From an uncultured bacterium (GTDB taxonomy: Bacteria; Bacillota_I; Bacilli_A; RFN20; CAG-826): a stretch of 64,000 nt of DNA. The notes beneath the pieces were generated by a model. It was not told the origin of the DNA. It ran no database searches and worked only from the letters and a program-made list of their open reading frames with translations. Positions 10,159 to 20,186 of this stretch are shown here, piece after piece. The DNA is taken from positions 166,241 to 230,240 of the forward strand of contig CASEKC010000001.1 in NCBI GenBank assembly GCA_949288485.1, given 5' to 3'. Numbering within the stretch: the stretch's first letter is position 1; every line of letters begins with the position of its first letter. A program made the translations under genes and the position numbers.

Positions 10159-11199
10159 TTAATCCTCCTTAACCTTTTTGAATTCTTTAATAAATCTTAA
10201 ATCGTTTTGATAGAATCTTCTAATATCATCAATTCCATATTTAAGCATTGCGACTCTTTCAATACCGATTCCAAAAGCAAATCCACTATAAACTTCAGGA
10301 TCATAACCAGACATTTTTAAAACATTTGGGTGAACCATTCCAGCACCTAAAATTTCAATCCAGCCACTTCCTTTACATAATGGACATCCTTTTCCTTTGC
10401 AGTTAAAACAAGAAATATCAACTTCAACTGAAGGTTCTGTAAATGGGAAAAAGGAAGAACGGAATCTAACTTTTGTATCTTTGCTAAACATTTTTTTAGC
10501 AAATAATTCTAAAGTTGCTTTTAAGTTACCTAAATTAATATTTTTATCGATAACTAAACCTTCAACTTGAGCAAATTGATGAGAATGTGTCATATCATCA
10601 TCATCTCTACGATAAGTTTTTCCAGGACAAATGATTTTGATTGGTTGTCCTTTTGCTTTTTCCATGACATGAGCTTGAACTGATGAAGTATGGCTTCTTA
10701 AAAGAAGATTATTATCGATATATAAAGTATCTTGCATATCTCTAGCAGGATGATCATGAGGAATATTTAAAAGTTCAAAAACATACTTATCATAATCAAC
10801 TTCTGGACCAGTTTCGACACTATATCCCATTCCTACGAAAATATCTTCTATTTCATTAATAATTTTATAAAAAGGATTAGCACTTCCTCTTTGATAACTA
10901 TTTCCAGGTAATGTTATATCGATTTTTTCTTTTTTTAAATCTTCAATAAGTTTTTTATTTTCTTCTTCTTTTATTTTTATATCTAAAGCTTCTTCAACAC
11001 TTTTTCTACAAGCATTATACATTTCACCAAAAGCTTTTTTATCTTCAACTTCCCTAATATGATTCATCATTAAAGAGATTTCACCTTTTTTAGCCAAATA
11101 TTTATTTTTTAATTCGGTTAAATCTTTTAAAGATGATGCTTTACTAATCTCTTCTAAACATTTTGTTTTAAGATTTTCAAAATCTAAAGCATAATCCAT
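10159..11199 (-). CDS. pheS: phenylalanine--tRNA ligase alpha subunit
   Basis: Class II aaRS motifs are present (FRxxxFPFTEPS, GxGxGxERVAM). Confidence 0.95.
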   Translation of the reverse strand: MDYALDFENLKTKCLEEISKASSLKDLTELKNKYLAKKGEISLMMNHIREVEDKKAFGEMYNACRKSVEEALDIKIKEEENKKLIEDLKKEKIDITLPGNSYQRGSANPFYKIINEIEDIFVGMGYSVETGPEVDYDKYVFELLNIPHDHPARDMQDTLYIDNNLLLRSHTSSVQAHVMEKAKGQPIKIICPGKTYRRDDDDMTHSHQFAQVEGLVIDKNINLGNLKATLELFAKKMFSKDTKVRFRSSFFPFTEPSVEVDISCFNCKGKGCPLCKGSGWIEILGAGMVHPNVLKMSGYDPEVYSGFAFGIGIERVAMLKYGIDDIRRFYQNDLRFIKEFKKVKED

Positions 11200-11204
11200 G
11201 TTAT

Positions 11205-11460
11205 TTTCCTCCTAAAAATAAAAAGAGAATTAGTTATAGGAGTGTTAAATTTTAACACGGTACCATCCTAATTCTTAAAAAATCTTAATTTACTTTATTA
11301 CGTCAAAGCTAACGGGTTCATCAAACCAGCTCCAAGGCGAATTCATAATCCCATTTTATAGAGTTTTTCACTATCACTCCTCACTAATATAAAATTAAAG
11401 AAAAATTACTACTCCTTTTCAACGCAAAAATATTATACATAAAATTAATTATTTTATAAA
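11205..11460 (-). promoter_or_regulatory. T-box riboswitch leader of pheST
   Basis: The reverse complement of 11255-11273 reads AATTAGGATGGTACCGTGT, which matches the T-box consensus AAUUAGGGUGGUACCGCG. An overlapping terminator/antiterminator hairpin (gtgttaaa/tttaacac) lies upstream of pheS. Confidence 0.55.
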
Positions 11461-11476
11461 TAATTAACATTAGAAA

Positions 11477-12682
11477 CTATATTTTTAACTCTTTATTCTT
11501 TTTTCCAAGCAAATTTATACCTTCATTACCTAAAACTAAAATGATAAAGAAGAATAAAACACAATAAGGAAGAATTAAAAATGTTGTATATTTTGCAACG
11601 ACTCCAAATAAAGGAGCAATTAAAAAGTTAGAAATATAAGCAAAAGACATTTGAATTCCCATGACATTTTGAGAATATTTTTTTGTAAATCTATTAGGTG
11701 TATCTTTAATGATTGCAGGATAAACAGGAGCACATCCCAAACCAATTAAAACTACTGCAAAAGGCATAATTTTTGGTTCAAAAATCATACATAAAAGAAT
11801 AATTCCAATAAAAATTATACTTTCTCCGATTCTTATCATATTTTTTTCTTTTACCTTTAAAGAAATAATACCGGAAATAAATCTTCCAATTGTTATTCCT
11901 AAATAAAAGAATGAAGCCCACAATGTAGCATCTTGTTCACTTACATTTAATCCAAAATGGACCATTGAAGAAAACCACATACCAGTTAAAGATTCAACAG
12001 CTGTATAAGCTAAAAAACCAAAAAGAGCAAACCAAACACCTTTTAAAGCAAAAGTTTTTTTATAACCAAGTTCAACAACTTCAGTATCTTCAACTGTAGT
12101 TTCACTATTTTTCTCTCTTAAAGCAAAAATATTTTCGCATTTTTTCCATAAAGGAATACAAACTAATGAAATAATACAAATTGCTGCTTGAATAATTGCT
12201 AAAATAATCGCACCTTTTCTCCATCCATCATTATCAGTTAAAAATGAAGAAATAATTAAAGGTGAAATTGTTGTTCCAACACCCCAAAACGAATGAAGCC
12301 AGTTCATATGAATAGCTTTATAGTGTAAGGCAACGTAGTTATTTAAAGTTGCATCAATTGCTCCTCCTCCAAGTCCTAAAGGAATAGCAGCTAAAAGCAT
12401 AAACCAAAAAGAAGGTACAAACGATAGAGCAATAAGACCAATTACTGTTAAAACAATTGAAATTGCAACTGTTCCACTTGGCTTTAATTTCTTAATTAAA
12501 TATGGTGAGAAAAATGAAGAAATAATTGTACAAAGACTAATTACACAAGTTAATATTCCTTGATAATCCTCAGGAACTCCTAAAGATTGAGAAATCGAAG
12601 GCCAAGTTGTGCCAACTAATGAATCAGGTAAGCCAAGAGAAATAAAAATTAAATAAATAATTAAAAGTAAAATAGTAGTCAT
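11477..12682 (-). CDS. MFS transporter (start moved to MTTILLL)
   Basis: 12 TM segments. The internal ATG at 12682 removes the overlap with the upstream methyltransferase stop codon. Confidence 0.8.
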   Translation of the reverse strand: MTTILLLIIYLIFISLGLPDSLVGTTWPSISQSLGVPEDYQGILTCVISLCTIISSFFSPYLIKKLKPSGTVAISIVLTVIGLIALSFVPSFWFMLLAAIPLGLGGGAIDATLNNYVALHYKAIHMNWLHSFWGVGTTISPLIISSFLTDNDGWRKGAIILAIIQAAICIISLVCIPLWKKCENIFALREKNSETTVEDTEVVELGYKKTFALKGVWFALFGFLAYTAVESLTGMWFSSMVHFGLNVSEQDATLWASFFYLGITIGRFISGIISLKVKEKNMIRIGESIIFIGIILLCMIFEPKIMPFAVVLIGLGCAPVYPAIIKDTPNRFTKKYSQNVMGIQMSFAYISNFLIAPLFGVVAKYTTFLILPYCVLFFFIILVLGNEGINLLGKKNKELKI

Positions 12683-12689
12683 ATAGTAG

Positions 12690-13421
12690 TTATTTAGTAG
12701 AAATATAGTTATATAATAAAATTCCAGTAGCAATTCCAACATTTAAAGAATCAATATTTTCAATTGGTATTTTGATTGTTTTATCGACAATATCTAATAC
12801 TTCTTTACTAACACCATTTCCTTCATTTCCAACAATTAAAATTGCTTTTTTTGGCCATTTAAAATTTCTTAAATCAATAGTATCTTCTTTTAAAGAAGTT
12901 CCTATCAATTCATACTCATTTTTTAAACCAAGCAAAATGCTAGCACTTCCTTTTAATAGATTCAATGAGAAGATGGAGCCTTGGGAAGCTTGAATACATT
13001 TTTGATTATAAAAAGAAGAAATTGATGTAGAAATAACTGTTTTTATATTAAAAGCTAAGGCAGTTCTTAAAATTGTTCCGATATTTCCAGGATCTTGTAA
13101 AGAATCTAAATAAAGAATTAAATCTCCTTTTAAAGACTGATTTTCTTTTATTTTACAAACCGCTATTACTTTAGAAAAAGATTTATTAACACTTAATTTT
13201 TTCATTATTTTTTTATTAACAATATATTGAGTAATACTTTCATCTAAATCATCTATTTTTTCTAAAGTTAAAATAAAATCGAGTTCTTCTTTTTTAGCCA
13301 TTTCTAAAAGATGAAAACCTTCAATAATAAATCTTTTTTCTTCTTTAATATATTTAGGATTTTTAAGTTTATTTACATATTTGACAATTTTATTTTCTTC
13401 ACTTTCAATTTTTTTTATCAT
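12690..13421 (-). CDS. RlmB/TrmH-family (SpoU) rRNA 2'-O-ribose methyltransferase, housekeeping copy
   Basis: An N-terminal L30e-like domain is followed by SpoU motifs (DPGNIGTILRTALAF, VGNEGNGVS, IPIENIDSLNVGIA). Confidence 0.8.
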   Translation of the reverse strand: MIKKIESEENKIVKYVNKLKNPKYIKEEKRFIIEGFHLLEMAKKEELDFILTLEKIDDLDESITQYIVNKKIMKKLSVNKSFSKVIAVCKIKENQSLKGDLILYLDSLQDPGNIGTILRTALAFNIKTVISTSISSFYNQKCIQASQGSIFSLNLLKGSASILLGLKNEYELIGTSLKEDTIDLRNFKWPKKAILIVGNEGNGVSKEVLDIVDKTIKIPIENIDSLNVGIATGILLYNYISTK

Positions 13422-14083
13422 TTATAAATTCTCCTCTTTATATTTTTTGTTAACTCATCATAATTCGGTAAATATCGATAAATTTCATTATAAAAATTTT
13501 TAGAATGATCAAAATAATAATAATGGGCTAATTCATGAACTATAACTGAAGAAATATTAGCTAATGAATAACTAAGTAAATCATAAGATAAAGTAATTTT
13601 ATTAGTTTTTCTTGAATTTGTTCCTAATCTTGTTTTCATTTTTCTAAAAGATAATTTATAAATTGGTGGGACATTCATCATTTTACGGTAATATTCAAAT
13701 AAAGAAAAAATATCATCATAAAGGATTTTAATTAAATTTTTATAATAATTATTATCTATTTTTATCTTTTTATCTTTATAAAAAACACTATTATCAACTT
13801 TATTTATATAATATTTATCTCCTAAAATATAAAGATATTCATTATTTAATTTTTCGCTTATTATATCTTCATTTATAATTCCTTTTTTAACTAGTTTTAA
13901 AGCGAATTCATTTATTTTATTAACTACTTCTTTTTTATTAATTTTATAAAAAGATGTTACTAAAAAATGATCATCTTTAAAGCGATAATAAGTATATCTT
14001 TGATATCTTTTTTTATGAATATAAATTATTGGAAATTCTTTATTTCCAATAATAATATTTCCAATAATTTCCTCATTTTTCAT
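13418..14083 (-). CDS. YgjP-like metal-dependent hydrolase (DUF45/M48-related)
   Basis: A C-terminal HELAH zinc-binding motif sits in the characteristic YgjP context (VIVHELAHYYYFDHSKNFY). Confidence 0.6.
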   Translation of the reverse strand: MKNEEIIGNIIIGNKEFPIIYIHKKRYQRYTYYRFKDDHFLVTSFYKINKKEVVNKINEFALKLVKKGIINEDIISEKLNNEYLYILGDKYYINKVDNSVFYKDKKIKIDNNYYKNLIKILYDDIFSLFEYYRKMMNVPPIYKLSFRKMKTRLGTNSRKTNKITLSYDLLSYSLANISSVIVHELAHYYYFDHSKNFYNEIYRYLPNYDELTKNIKRRIYK

Positions 14084-14153
14084 AATGGAAATATTATATT
14101 TAAATCTTTATAATATTAAAAGTTTATTTAAAAAAGGGGATAAAAGATATTAT

Positions 14154-14624
14154 ATGGAAACAGTAATGATTAGTGCATGTTTAGTTGGTGATAAAGTTAG
14201 ATATGATGGAAAAGGAAAATATAATCCTCTTGTTAAAGAAATATTGGCTAAATACGAACTTTTACCTCTTTGTCCAGAAGTTTTAGGAGGATTATCAATT
14301 CCTCGTGATAAAGCGGAAATTATAAATGATAAAGTTATGACTTATAAAAATAAAGACGTCACTAATCAATATAATAAAGGTGCACATCTTTGTATTAATC
14401 CAATTGAATATAAACATGTTAAAAAAGCAATTTTACAAGATCGTTCTCCAGCTTGTGGAGTTCATAAAATTCATAATGGTAAATTTAATGATGAATTAAT
14501 TGATGGAAATGGTATTTTAACTCGCCTTTTAATAAGTAGAGGAATTGAAGTTTATACTATTGAAGAATTTTATGAAAAATTCATTAAAAAAGATGATCAA
14601 AATAATAATGATGATAATAAATAA
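14154..14624 (+). CDS. DUF523 (YbbK-like) protein; start at METVMISAC
   Basis: MISACLVGDKVRYDGKG...CPEVLGGL is typical of DUF523. An AAGGGGA RBS lies upstream of the ATG at 14154. The track start at 14085 would abut the divergent gene's start. Confidence 0.55.
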   Translation: METVMISACLVGDKVRYDGKGKYNPLVKEILAKYELLPLCPEVLGGLSIPRDKAEIINDKVMTYKNKDVTNQYNKGAHLCINPIEYKHVKKAILQDRSPACGVHKIHNGKFNDELIDGNGILTRLLISRGIEVYTIEEFYEKFIKKDDQNNNDDNK

Positions 14625-14662
14625 TATTTAAGTCATTTTTTTAAATATCTAAAAATGAAAAT

Positions 14663-15193
14663 ATGAATAAAAAATTAGAAATTTTATATAAAGCTTCTTA
14701 TATTGCTTTTTTAAGTGCATTAATCTTTATTGCAACTTATTTTATAAAAGTACCTTATTTTAATAATAGTGGTTATTTTAATCTTTCGGATGGATTAATT
14801 ATTTTTACTTCAATTTATTTTGGACCAGTAGTTGGATTTTTTTCTTCAATAATTGCTACTTCTTTAGCTGATTTTTTAAGTGGATTTATAATGTGTATTC
14901 CTTTTACAATCTTTGCAAAAGGAATAGAAAGTATTCTTTCATTTTTAATTTTTAAACTTTTATTTAAAAGAAAATTAGTTAAATATATCGCTTTATATTT
15001 ATCTTTTGTTCCAATGGTTTTAACCTATTTTATTTTTTATTTAACTTTATATAATTTTGATTTTCTTATTTCTTATATCTACTCACTTTTTGATATAATA
15101 CAAGGAGTAATTGGAGTTAGTTTTTCAATTGTAATTTATTTAACATTTGATCATATAAATGTTAAATATCGTTATAAATATCTTTTAAATTAA
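14663..15193 (+). CDS. ECF-transporter S-component-like membrane protein
   Basis: A 176-aa membrane protein with an S-component-like core (GYFNLSDGLIIFTSIYFGPVVGFFSSIIATSLADFLSG). Confidence 0.4.
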   Translation: MNKKLEILYKASYIAFLSALIFIATYFIKVPYFNNSGYFNLSDGLIIFTSIYFGPVVGFFSSIIATSLADFLSGFIMCIPFTIFAKGIESILSFLIFKLLFKRKLVKYIALYLSFVPMVLTYFIFYLTLYNFDFLISYIYSLFDIIQGVIGVSFSIVIYLTFDHINVKYRYKYLLN

Positions 15194-15231
15194 AATATTT
15201 ATTTTTTCTTAAAGGAGTATATAAATTAATT

Positions 15232-15642
15232 ATGAATATTTTATTTTTCTTAACACCTAAATCTCATATAAAAGTCATAGAATCGAGTATGTCGATACGT
15301 CAAGTATTAGAAATATTTGAACATTATCGTTATTCTACTTTGGCGATTATTGATGAAAAAGGTAAATATTTATCAACAATTAGTGAAGGTGATTTACTTT
15401 ATTATTTAAAAAATAATCTTAGATTTGATTTAAGAAGCTATGAAAATATTAATATTTTAGTAGTTCCAACCTATCGTCCTTATAAAGCAATTTCAGTTTT
15501 AGAAGAAATGGATGCTTTAATTATTAAAGCAATGGATCAAAATTTTGTTCCAGTAGTTGATGATAATGGTTCGTTTATTGGAATTATTACAAGAAAATCA
15601 ATTATTAAATATTTAATGGATAAAAAAATAGGATTTAATTAA
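15232..15642 (+). CDS. CBS-domain pair protein
   Basis: 136 aa with two CBS-like repeats (…STLAIIDEKGKYLSTISEGDLL… and …VPVVDDNGSFIGIITRKSII…). Confidence 0.55.
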   Translation: MNILFFLTPKSHIKVIESSMSIRQVLEIFEHYRYSTLAIIDEKGKYLSTISEGDLLYYLKNNLRFDLRSYENINILVVPTYRPYKAISVLEEMDALIIKAMDQNFVPVVDDNGSFIGIITRKSIIKYLMDKKIGFN

Positions 15643-15656
15643 AAATCCTATTTTTT

Positions 15657-16931
15657 TTAATATTTTTCAATTATTTCTTTAGCTAGAAAAACTAAATTAT
15701 AACGAGAATCATTATTTCCTTTTTGCCATTTTCTCCACTTATGATTATTATTACTTAAATCATCTCCAAAATAAATAATAGCACCATAATTAACTTTAAA
15801 ATATTTAGTTAAAGCAATTAAACCAGCTTGTTCCATTTCTACAACTATCGCTCCTTCTTCTTTTCTTCTATTAACTCGACTTTTTGTTTCGCGATACATC
15901 GAATCAATACTCCACGATAATCCTTTTTTATATGGAATATTTTTTCTTCTTAATTCATTTTCAATTTTTATAACAATATCTTTATTTGAATAAATAATTC
16001 TTGAAGGCGGTTCATAAAAGAAAGAAAATCCTTCATCACGAATTGCTCCATCTATTAAAACTAAATCACCAACATTTGAAGGAATTAAACTGCCTCCTCC
16101 ACCAATAAATAATATATTTTTTAAGCCGTTTGTAATTAAAAGATGAATAAATCCACCAATTAAAGGTTCACCAACTAATCCTTTTATAATAAAAATATCT
16201 TTATTATCGTTAAATTGATATATAAATAATGAATTTTCACCTCTTATTTCACTATAAAAAGTAATTATATTTTCTTTTTCTAATCTATCGATTACTTCAT
16301 GAAAATAACAAATAATTGCTTTATCTTCTTTTTTAAATCTTAAAAATATATTTTCACTTTCTAAAAATTGTTCTTCTTTTCCATCAAATTCAGTTAATGG
16401 AATAGAATTATATTTTTTATCATTATTTAAAGGAATTCTTAAATAAACACAGCCATTATCATAATGATGAATATAACCATCATTCGATAAAATTGTATTT
16501 ATTGAAGCTTTATTATATTCATAACATTCAAAATAAAGCTCATCTTCTTTATATAATTTATTTAATTTTAAATATTCAATTAATAATTTTAATCCTTCCT
16601 TGGCATATCTTTTGTTTCTAAAAGAAGGAAGAATAAAATAACCAATGTGTCCACTATGATCTTTTAAAAAATCATTTAAATAATGACGGAATTTAAATAA
16701 ACCAATGATTTCTTCATTCTTATAAAGAAAAAAATAAGTATCAGGAACATGACCTTCTTTTAAATTTATACCTTTTTCACTTTCTTTTCTTTCTTTTAAA
16801 ACTTTATTTTTAAATTCATCTAATGAAATATTAGAATATGGATTTTCAAATCCATTTTCACTCTCAAACTTTTGAAAAAATTCATACTCTTTTAAATAAT
16901 CTTCATTATTAAACTTTTTTAAATAAATCAT
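15657..16931 (-). CDS. fusion protein: N-terminal GNAT acetyltransferase-like domain plus C-terminal family-1 nucleoside phosphorylase (PNP/UDP/MTAN-like) domain
   Basis: The N-terminal ~170 aa carry a GNAT motif-A-like segment (GHIGYFILPSFRNKRYAKEG). The C-terminal ~240 aa carry PNP_UDP_1 signatures (IGGGGSL…GDLVLIDGAIRDEG…EGAIVVEMEQAGL…FGDDLS). Confidence 0.5.
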   Translation of the reverse strand: MIYLKKFNNEDYLKEYEFFQKFESENGFENPYSNISLDEFKNKVLKERKESEKGINLKEGHVPDTYFFLYKNEEIIGLFKFRHYLNDFLKDHSGHIGYFILPSFRNKRYAKEGLKLLIEYLKLNKLYKEDELYFECYEYNKASINTILSNDGYIHHYDNGCVYLRIPLNNDKKYNSIPLTEFDGKEEQFLESENIFLRFKKEDKAIICYFHEVIDRLEKENIITFYSEIRGENSLFIYQFNDNKDIFIIKGLVGEPLIGGFIHLLITNGLKNILFIGGGGSLIPSNVGDLVLIDGAIRDEGFSFFYEPPSRIIYSNKDIVIKIENELRRKNIPYKKGLSWSIDSMYRETKSRVNRRKEEGAIVVEMEQAGLIALTKYFKVNYGAIIYFGDDLSNNNHKWRKWQKGNNDSRYNLVFLAKEIIEKY

Positions 16932-16939
16932 AAAAAATA

Positions 16940-17623
16940 TTATTCCTTTTTCTTTTTATTTATTAGTTTAACAATAAAATAATAAATATAACAAAGTAAT
17001 ATAACAAAAATTAATAAAATAATGATGTAATAAAATACTCCAATTCCTTTTTCAGTTATATTAAACCAAGTTAAAGTTTCATAATCTAAGAAAAAATAAG
17101 GAACTAATTGTCCATTAAAACGAATATTTAATGAAACACAAATAAAAACAAAAGCTAAATATAAAAGCGGAAAAATAGTTCCTATTAAAGGTGACCATTT
17201 TTTTAATTTTATTTTATGATCAAAAACAAAAAAATCGATTATTGCAAATAAAGGAACAAGTAAATGAACAGTTAAATTTGTCATCGATATTAAATAAGAA
17301 GCATCCATTGTTGGAGCTAAAAGAATAAAAAATACTAAAAAAGTGATTGTAACACCCAAAGTAAAAATAAATTTAATGTGATATAAAATATTATTTATTA
17401 AATCTTTTTTTAAAAATAAATTAACTATTTTTAGTATAAAAAATAATAAGGTTACAAGAATAATGGCGATATTTGATTGAATTGTAAAATATAAAAATGC
17501 TGAGCCATTTCCCATAAATCCACTTGTAAAACAGTTAATTATTATTCCATATATTCCAAATATTAGTAATAATAATTCATTTAAAAGATTAAAACTTATT
17601 TTAATAACTTCTTTTTTATCCAT
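16940..17623 (-). CDS. polytopic membrane protein, unknown function
   Basis: 227 aa with 5-6 TM helices, co-oriented and tightly spaced with the GNAT-PNP fusion gene. Confidence 0.45.
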   Translation of the reverse strand: MDKKEVIKISFNLLNELLLLIFGIYGIIINCFTSGFMGNGSAFLYFTIQSNIAIILVTLLFFILKIVNLFLKKDLINNILYHIKFIFTLGVTITFLVFFILLAPTMDASYLISMTNLTVHLLVPLFAIIDFFVFDHKIKLKKWSPLIGTIFPLLYLAFVFICVSLNIRFNGQLVPYFFLDYETLTWFNITEKGIGVFYYIIILLIFVILLCYIYYFIVKLINKKKKE

Positions 17624-17640
17624 TTTTAAATACCCTCTAA

Positions 17641-17685
17641 TTTTAAAAAGGCTAGTAAATTAATTTACTAGCCATCTTTTTATTT
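17641..17685. terminator. terminator after glgP (bidirectional form)
   Basis: ttttaaaaaGGCTAGTAAAttaaTTTACTAGCCatcttttt, a 10-bp stem. Confidence 0.6.
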
Positions 17686-20103
17686 TAAAACATCTAAATT
17701 AATTTTAGTTAAATGCCAAATATCTTGGTTATATTCTTCAATAGTGCGATCACTTGAGAAATAACCACTCATTGCAATATTAATTAAGCAAGATTTAAAC
17801 CATTGTTCTTTTTTAAGATAATATTGTTCAATTTTATGACATTCTTTAATATATGAATCAAAATCAAGAAGAATGAAATATTCATCATTATGATTCATAA
17901 TTTCATCAAAAATCCCTCTAAATCTATCTGGAATATTTTCGCACCAAGGGCCTCTAAAGAGAGAATCTAAAACTCTTCTTATATATTCATTGCTGTTATA
18001 TAAATCCCATGGATTATAGCTTCCGCTCTTTTTAATATCTTCGATATCTTTAACTTTTAAACCGAAGATAAATGAATTTTCATCACCAACTTTATCATTA
18101 ATTTCAACATTAGCCCCATCTAATGTACCTAAAGTAAGTGCTCCATTCATCATAAATTTCATATTTGAAGTACCACTTGCTTCTTTTCCAGCAGTAGAAA
18201 TTTGTTCACTAATATCAGCAGCAGGAATAATAAGTTCAGCTAAAGAAACACCATAGTTTTCAATAAATACTACTTTCATGTATTTAGAAACTTGTGGATC
18301 ATTATTAACAACGTTAGCAACTGCATTAATTAAATTAATAATTTCTTTTGCAAATACATAACTTGGAGCGGCTTTAGCACCAAAAATATAGGTATGAGGA
18401 ACCATGCTAAATGATGGATTATTTTTGATTTCATAATAATAATGCATAATTTTAAAGACATTCATAAGTTGTCTTTTATAAGCATGTAATCTTTTAATTT
18501 GAACATCAAAAATTGAATTTACATCAAGGTCAATTCCATTATGTTCTTTAACATATTTTGCTAAAGCAATTTTGTTATTAGTTTTAATTTGTCTTAATCT
18601 TAAAAATGTATCGCTATCATCTTTAAATTTAAGTAAATTTTCTAATTCTTCAGGATTCTTTTCCCAAGAATTACCAATTCTTTCACTAATTAATGAAGAT
18701 AATTCACGGTTTGCATACATAAGCCATCTACGGTGAGTAACACCATTTGTCTTATTATTGAATTTTTCAGGGAAATATTTAAAGAATTCTTTAAATGTTT
18801 CTTTCTTTAAAATATCAGTATGTAAAGCAGCAACACCATTAACTGAGAAAGCAACAAAAATTGCAAGATTTGTCATATGAATCATACCATCTTTGATAAT
18901 CATCATATTGTATTTTTCTCCATCAGTAGCTCCGATTTTATTTGACCAAATAAGGAAACGACGGTTAATTTCTTCAATAATCATGAAGCAACGTGGGCAA
19001 AGATCTTGAACATATCTAACTGGCCATTTTTCTAATGCTTCAGCCATAATTGTGTGGTTAGTATATGCAAAACATTTGGAAACAATTTTATATGCATCAT
19101 CCCATCCATAGCCATGTTCATCCATTAAAAGTCTCATAAGTTCAGGAATAGCTAAAATTGGATGAGTATCATTAAGTTGGAAAACATATTTTTCAGCTAA
19201 ATTATCTAAAGTTCCATAAATTCTCATATGGCTTCTAATAACTGATTGTAAACCTGCTGAAACAAAGAAATATTGTTGTCTTAATCTTAAAAGTTTACCG
19301 TGTTCTGTTGAATCATCTGGATAAAGTCCATGACATAATTCATAAATTGTTGATAAATAATCTTCAAAAGATTGATTCTTTGGAATATTTTCTTCACTTG
19401 GTTGAGCACTCCAAAGTCTTAAAGAGTTAGCAACACCATTTTTATATCCAACAACATATACATCATATGGACAAGCTCTAACTTTAATAGCATTAGCTGT
19501 TTTAATAGCGTAACTTCCATCTGATTTAATATATGTTTCAGCATTTCCATAGAAACTAACTTCACAAGAGTGTTTAGGTTTTCTAACCTCCCAAACAAAA
19601 CCATTTGAAAGCCATTGATCTGGAAGTTCTACTTGTTTTTCATTAATAATTTTTTGTTTAAAAAATCCATATTCATAACGGATACAGTTTCCACTTCCAG
19701 GATATCCTAAAGAAGCAATTGAATCTAAAAAACATGCAGCAAGTCTTCCTAAACCACCATTTCCTAATCCTGCATCAGCTTCTTCATCTTCTAAACGTCC
19801 AATATCAATACCTAATTCTTTTAATCCATCTTTAGCAACATCAAAGATGCCAAGATTCATCATATTATTAGTTAATAATCTTCCAATTAAAAATTCCATT
19901 GAAAAATATACTAATTGCTTGCCTTCTTGTTTTATACAAGCTTGGCGGGTATTTCTCCAGTTAACACCTGCATAATCTCTAACTAATTCACCTAAAATAT
20001 CGAATTGTTCAGAGATATGAGCTTCTTGAGGATTTTTACCATATTTAGCAATGATTCTTTCAGTATATTCTTTTTTAAAATCTTCTTTACTATCAAAATA
20101 CAT
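17680..20103 (-). CDS. glgP: alpha-glucan (glycogen/maltodextrin) phosphorylase, GT35
   Basis: 807 aa. The PLP-site region EASGTSNMKFMMNGALTLGTLDGANVE is diagnostic for GT35 phosphorylases. Confidence 0.95.
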   Translation of the reverse strand: MYFDSKEDFKKEYTERIIAKYGKNPQEAHISEQFDILGELVRDYAGVNWRNTRQACIKQEGKQLVYFSMEFLIGRLLTNNMMNLGIFDVAKDGLKELGIDIGRLEDEEADAGLGNGGLGRLAACFLDSIASLGYPGSGNCIRYEYGFFKQKIINEKQVELPDQWLSNGFVWEVRKPKHSCEVSFYGNAETYIKSDGSYAIKTANAIKVRACPYDVYVVGYKNGVANSLRLWSAQPSEENIPKNQSFEDYLSTIYELCHGLYPDDSTEHGKLLRLRQQYFFVSAGLQSVIRSHMRIYGTLDNLAEKYVFQLNDTHPILAIPELMRLLMDEHGYGWDDAYKIVSKCFAYTNHTIMAEALEKWPVRYVQDLCPRCFMIIEEINRRFLIWSNKIGATDGEKYNMMIIKDGMIHMTNLAIFVAFSVNGVAALHTDILKKETFKEFFKYFPEKFNNKTNGVTHRRWLMYANRELSSLISERIGNSWEKNPEELENLLKFKDDSDTFLRLRQIKTNNKIALAKYVKEHNGIDLDVNSIFDVQIKRLHAYKRQLMNVFKIMHYYYEIKNNPSFSMVPHTYIFGAKAAPSYVFAKEIINLINAVANVVNNDPQVSKYMKVVFIENYGVSLAELIIPAADISEQISTAGKEASGTSNMKFMMNGALTLGTLDGANVEINDKVGDENSFIFGLKVKDIEDIKKSGSYNPWDLYNSNEYIRRVLDSLFRGPWCENIPDRFRGIFDEIMNHNDEYFILLDFDSYIKECHKIEQYYLKKEQWFKSCLINIAMSGYFSSDRTIEEYNQDIWHLTKINLDVLK

Positions 20104-20186
20104 ATGTAATATCCTTTCTCTTTATAAAAAATAGCAAATTATGCTATTTTTTATTATTATTTTTACAAATAACGATTAATTATACA

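Noticed and set aside
12772-12993. A 73-aa + strand ORF
   Set aside because: It is antisense within the SpoU methyltransferase gene and has no independent signal.
19419-19604. A 61-aa ORF inside glgP
   Set aside because: It is an out-of-frame, same-strand overlap within a conserved phosphorylase gene and is spurious.
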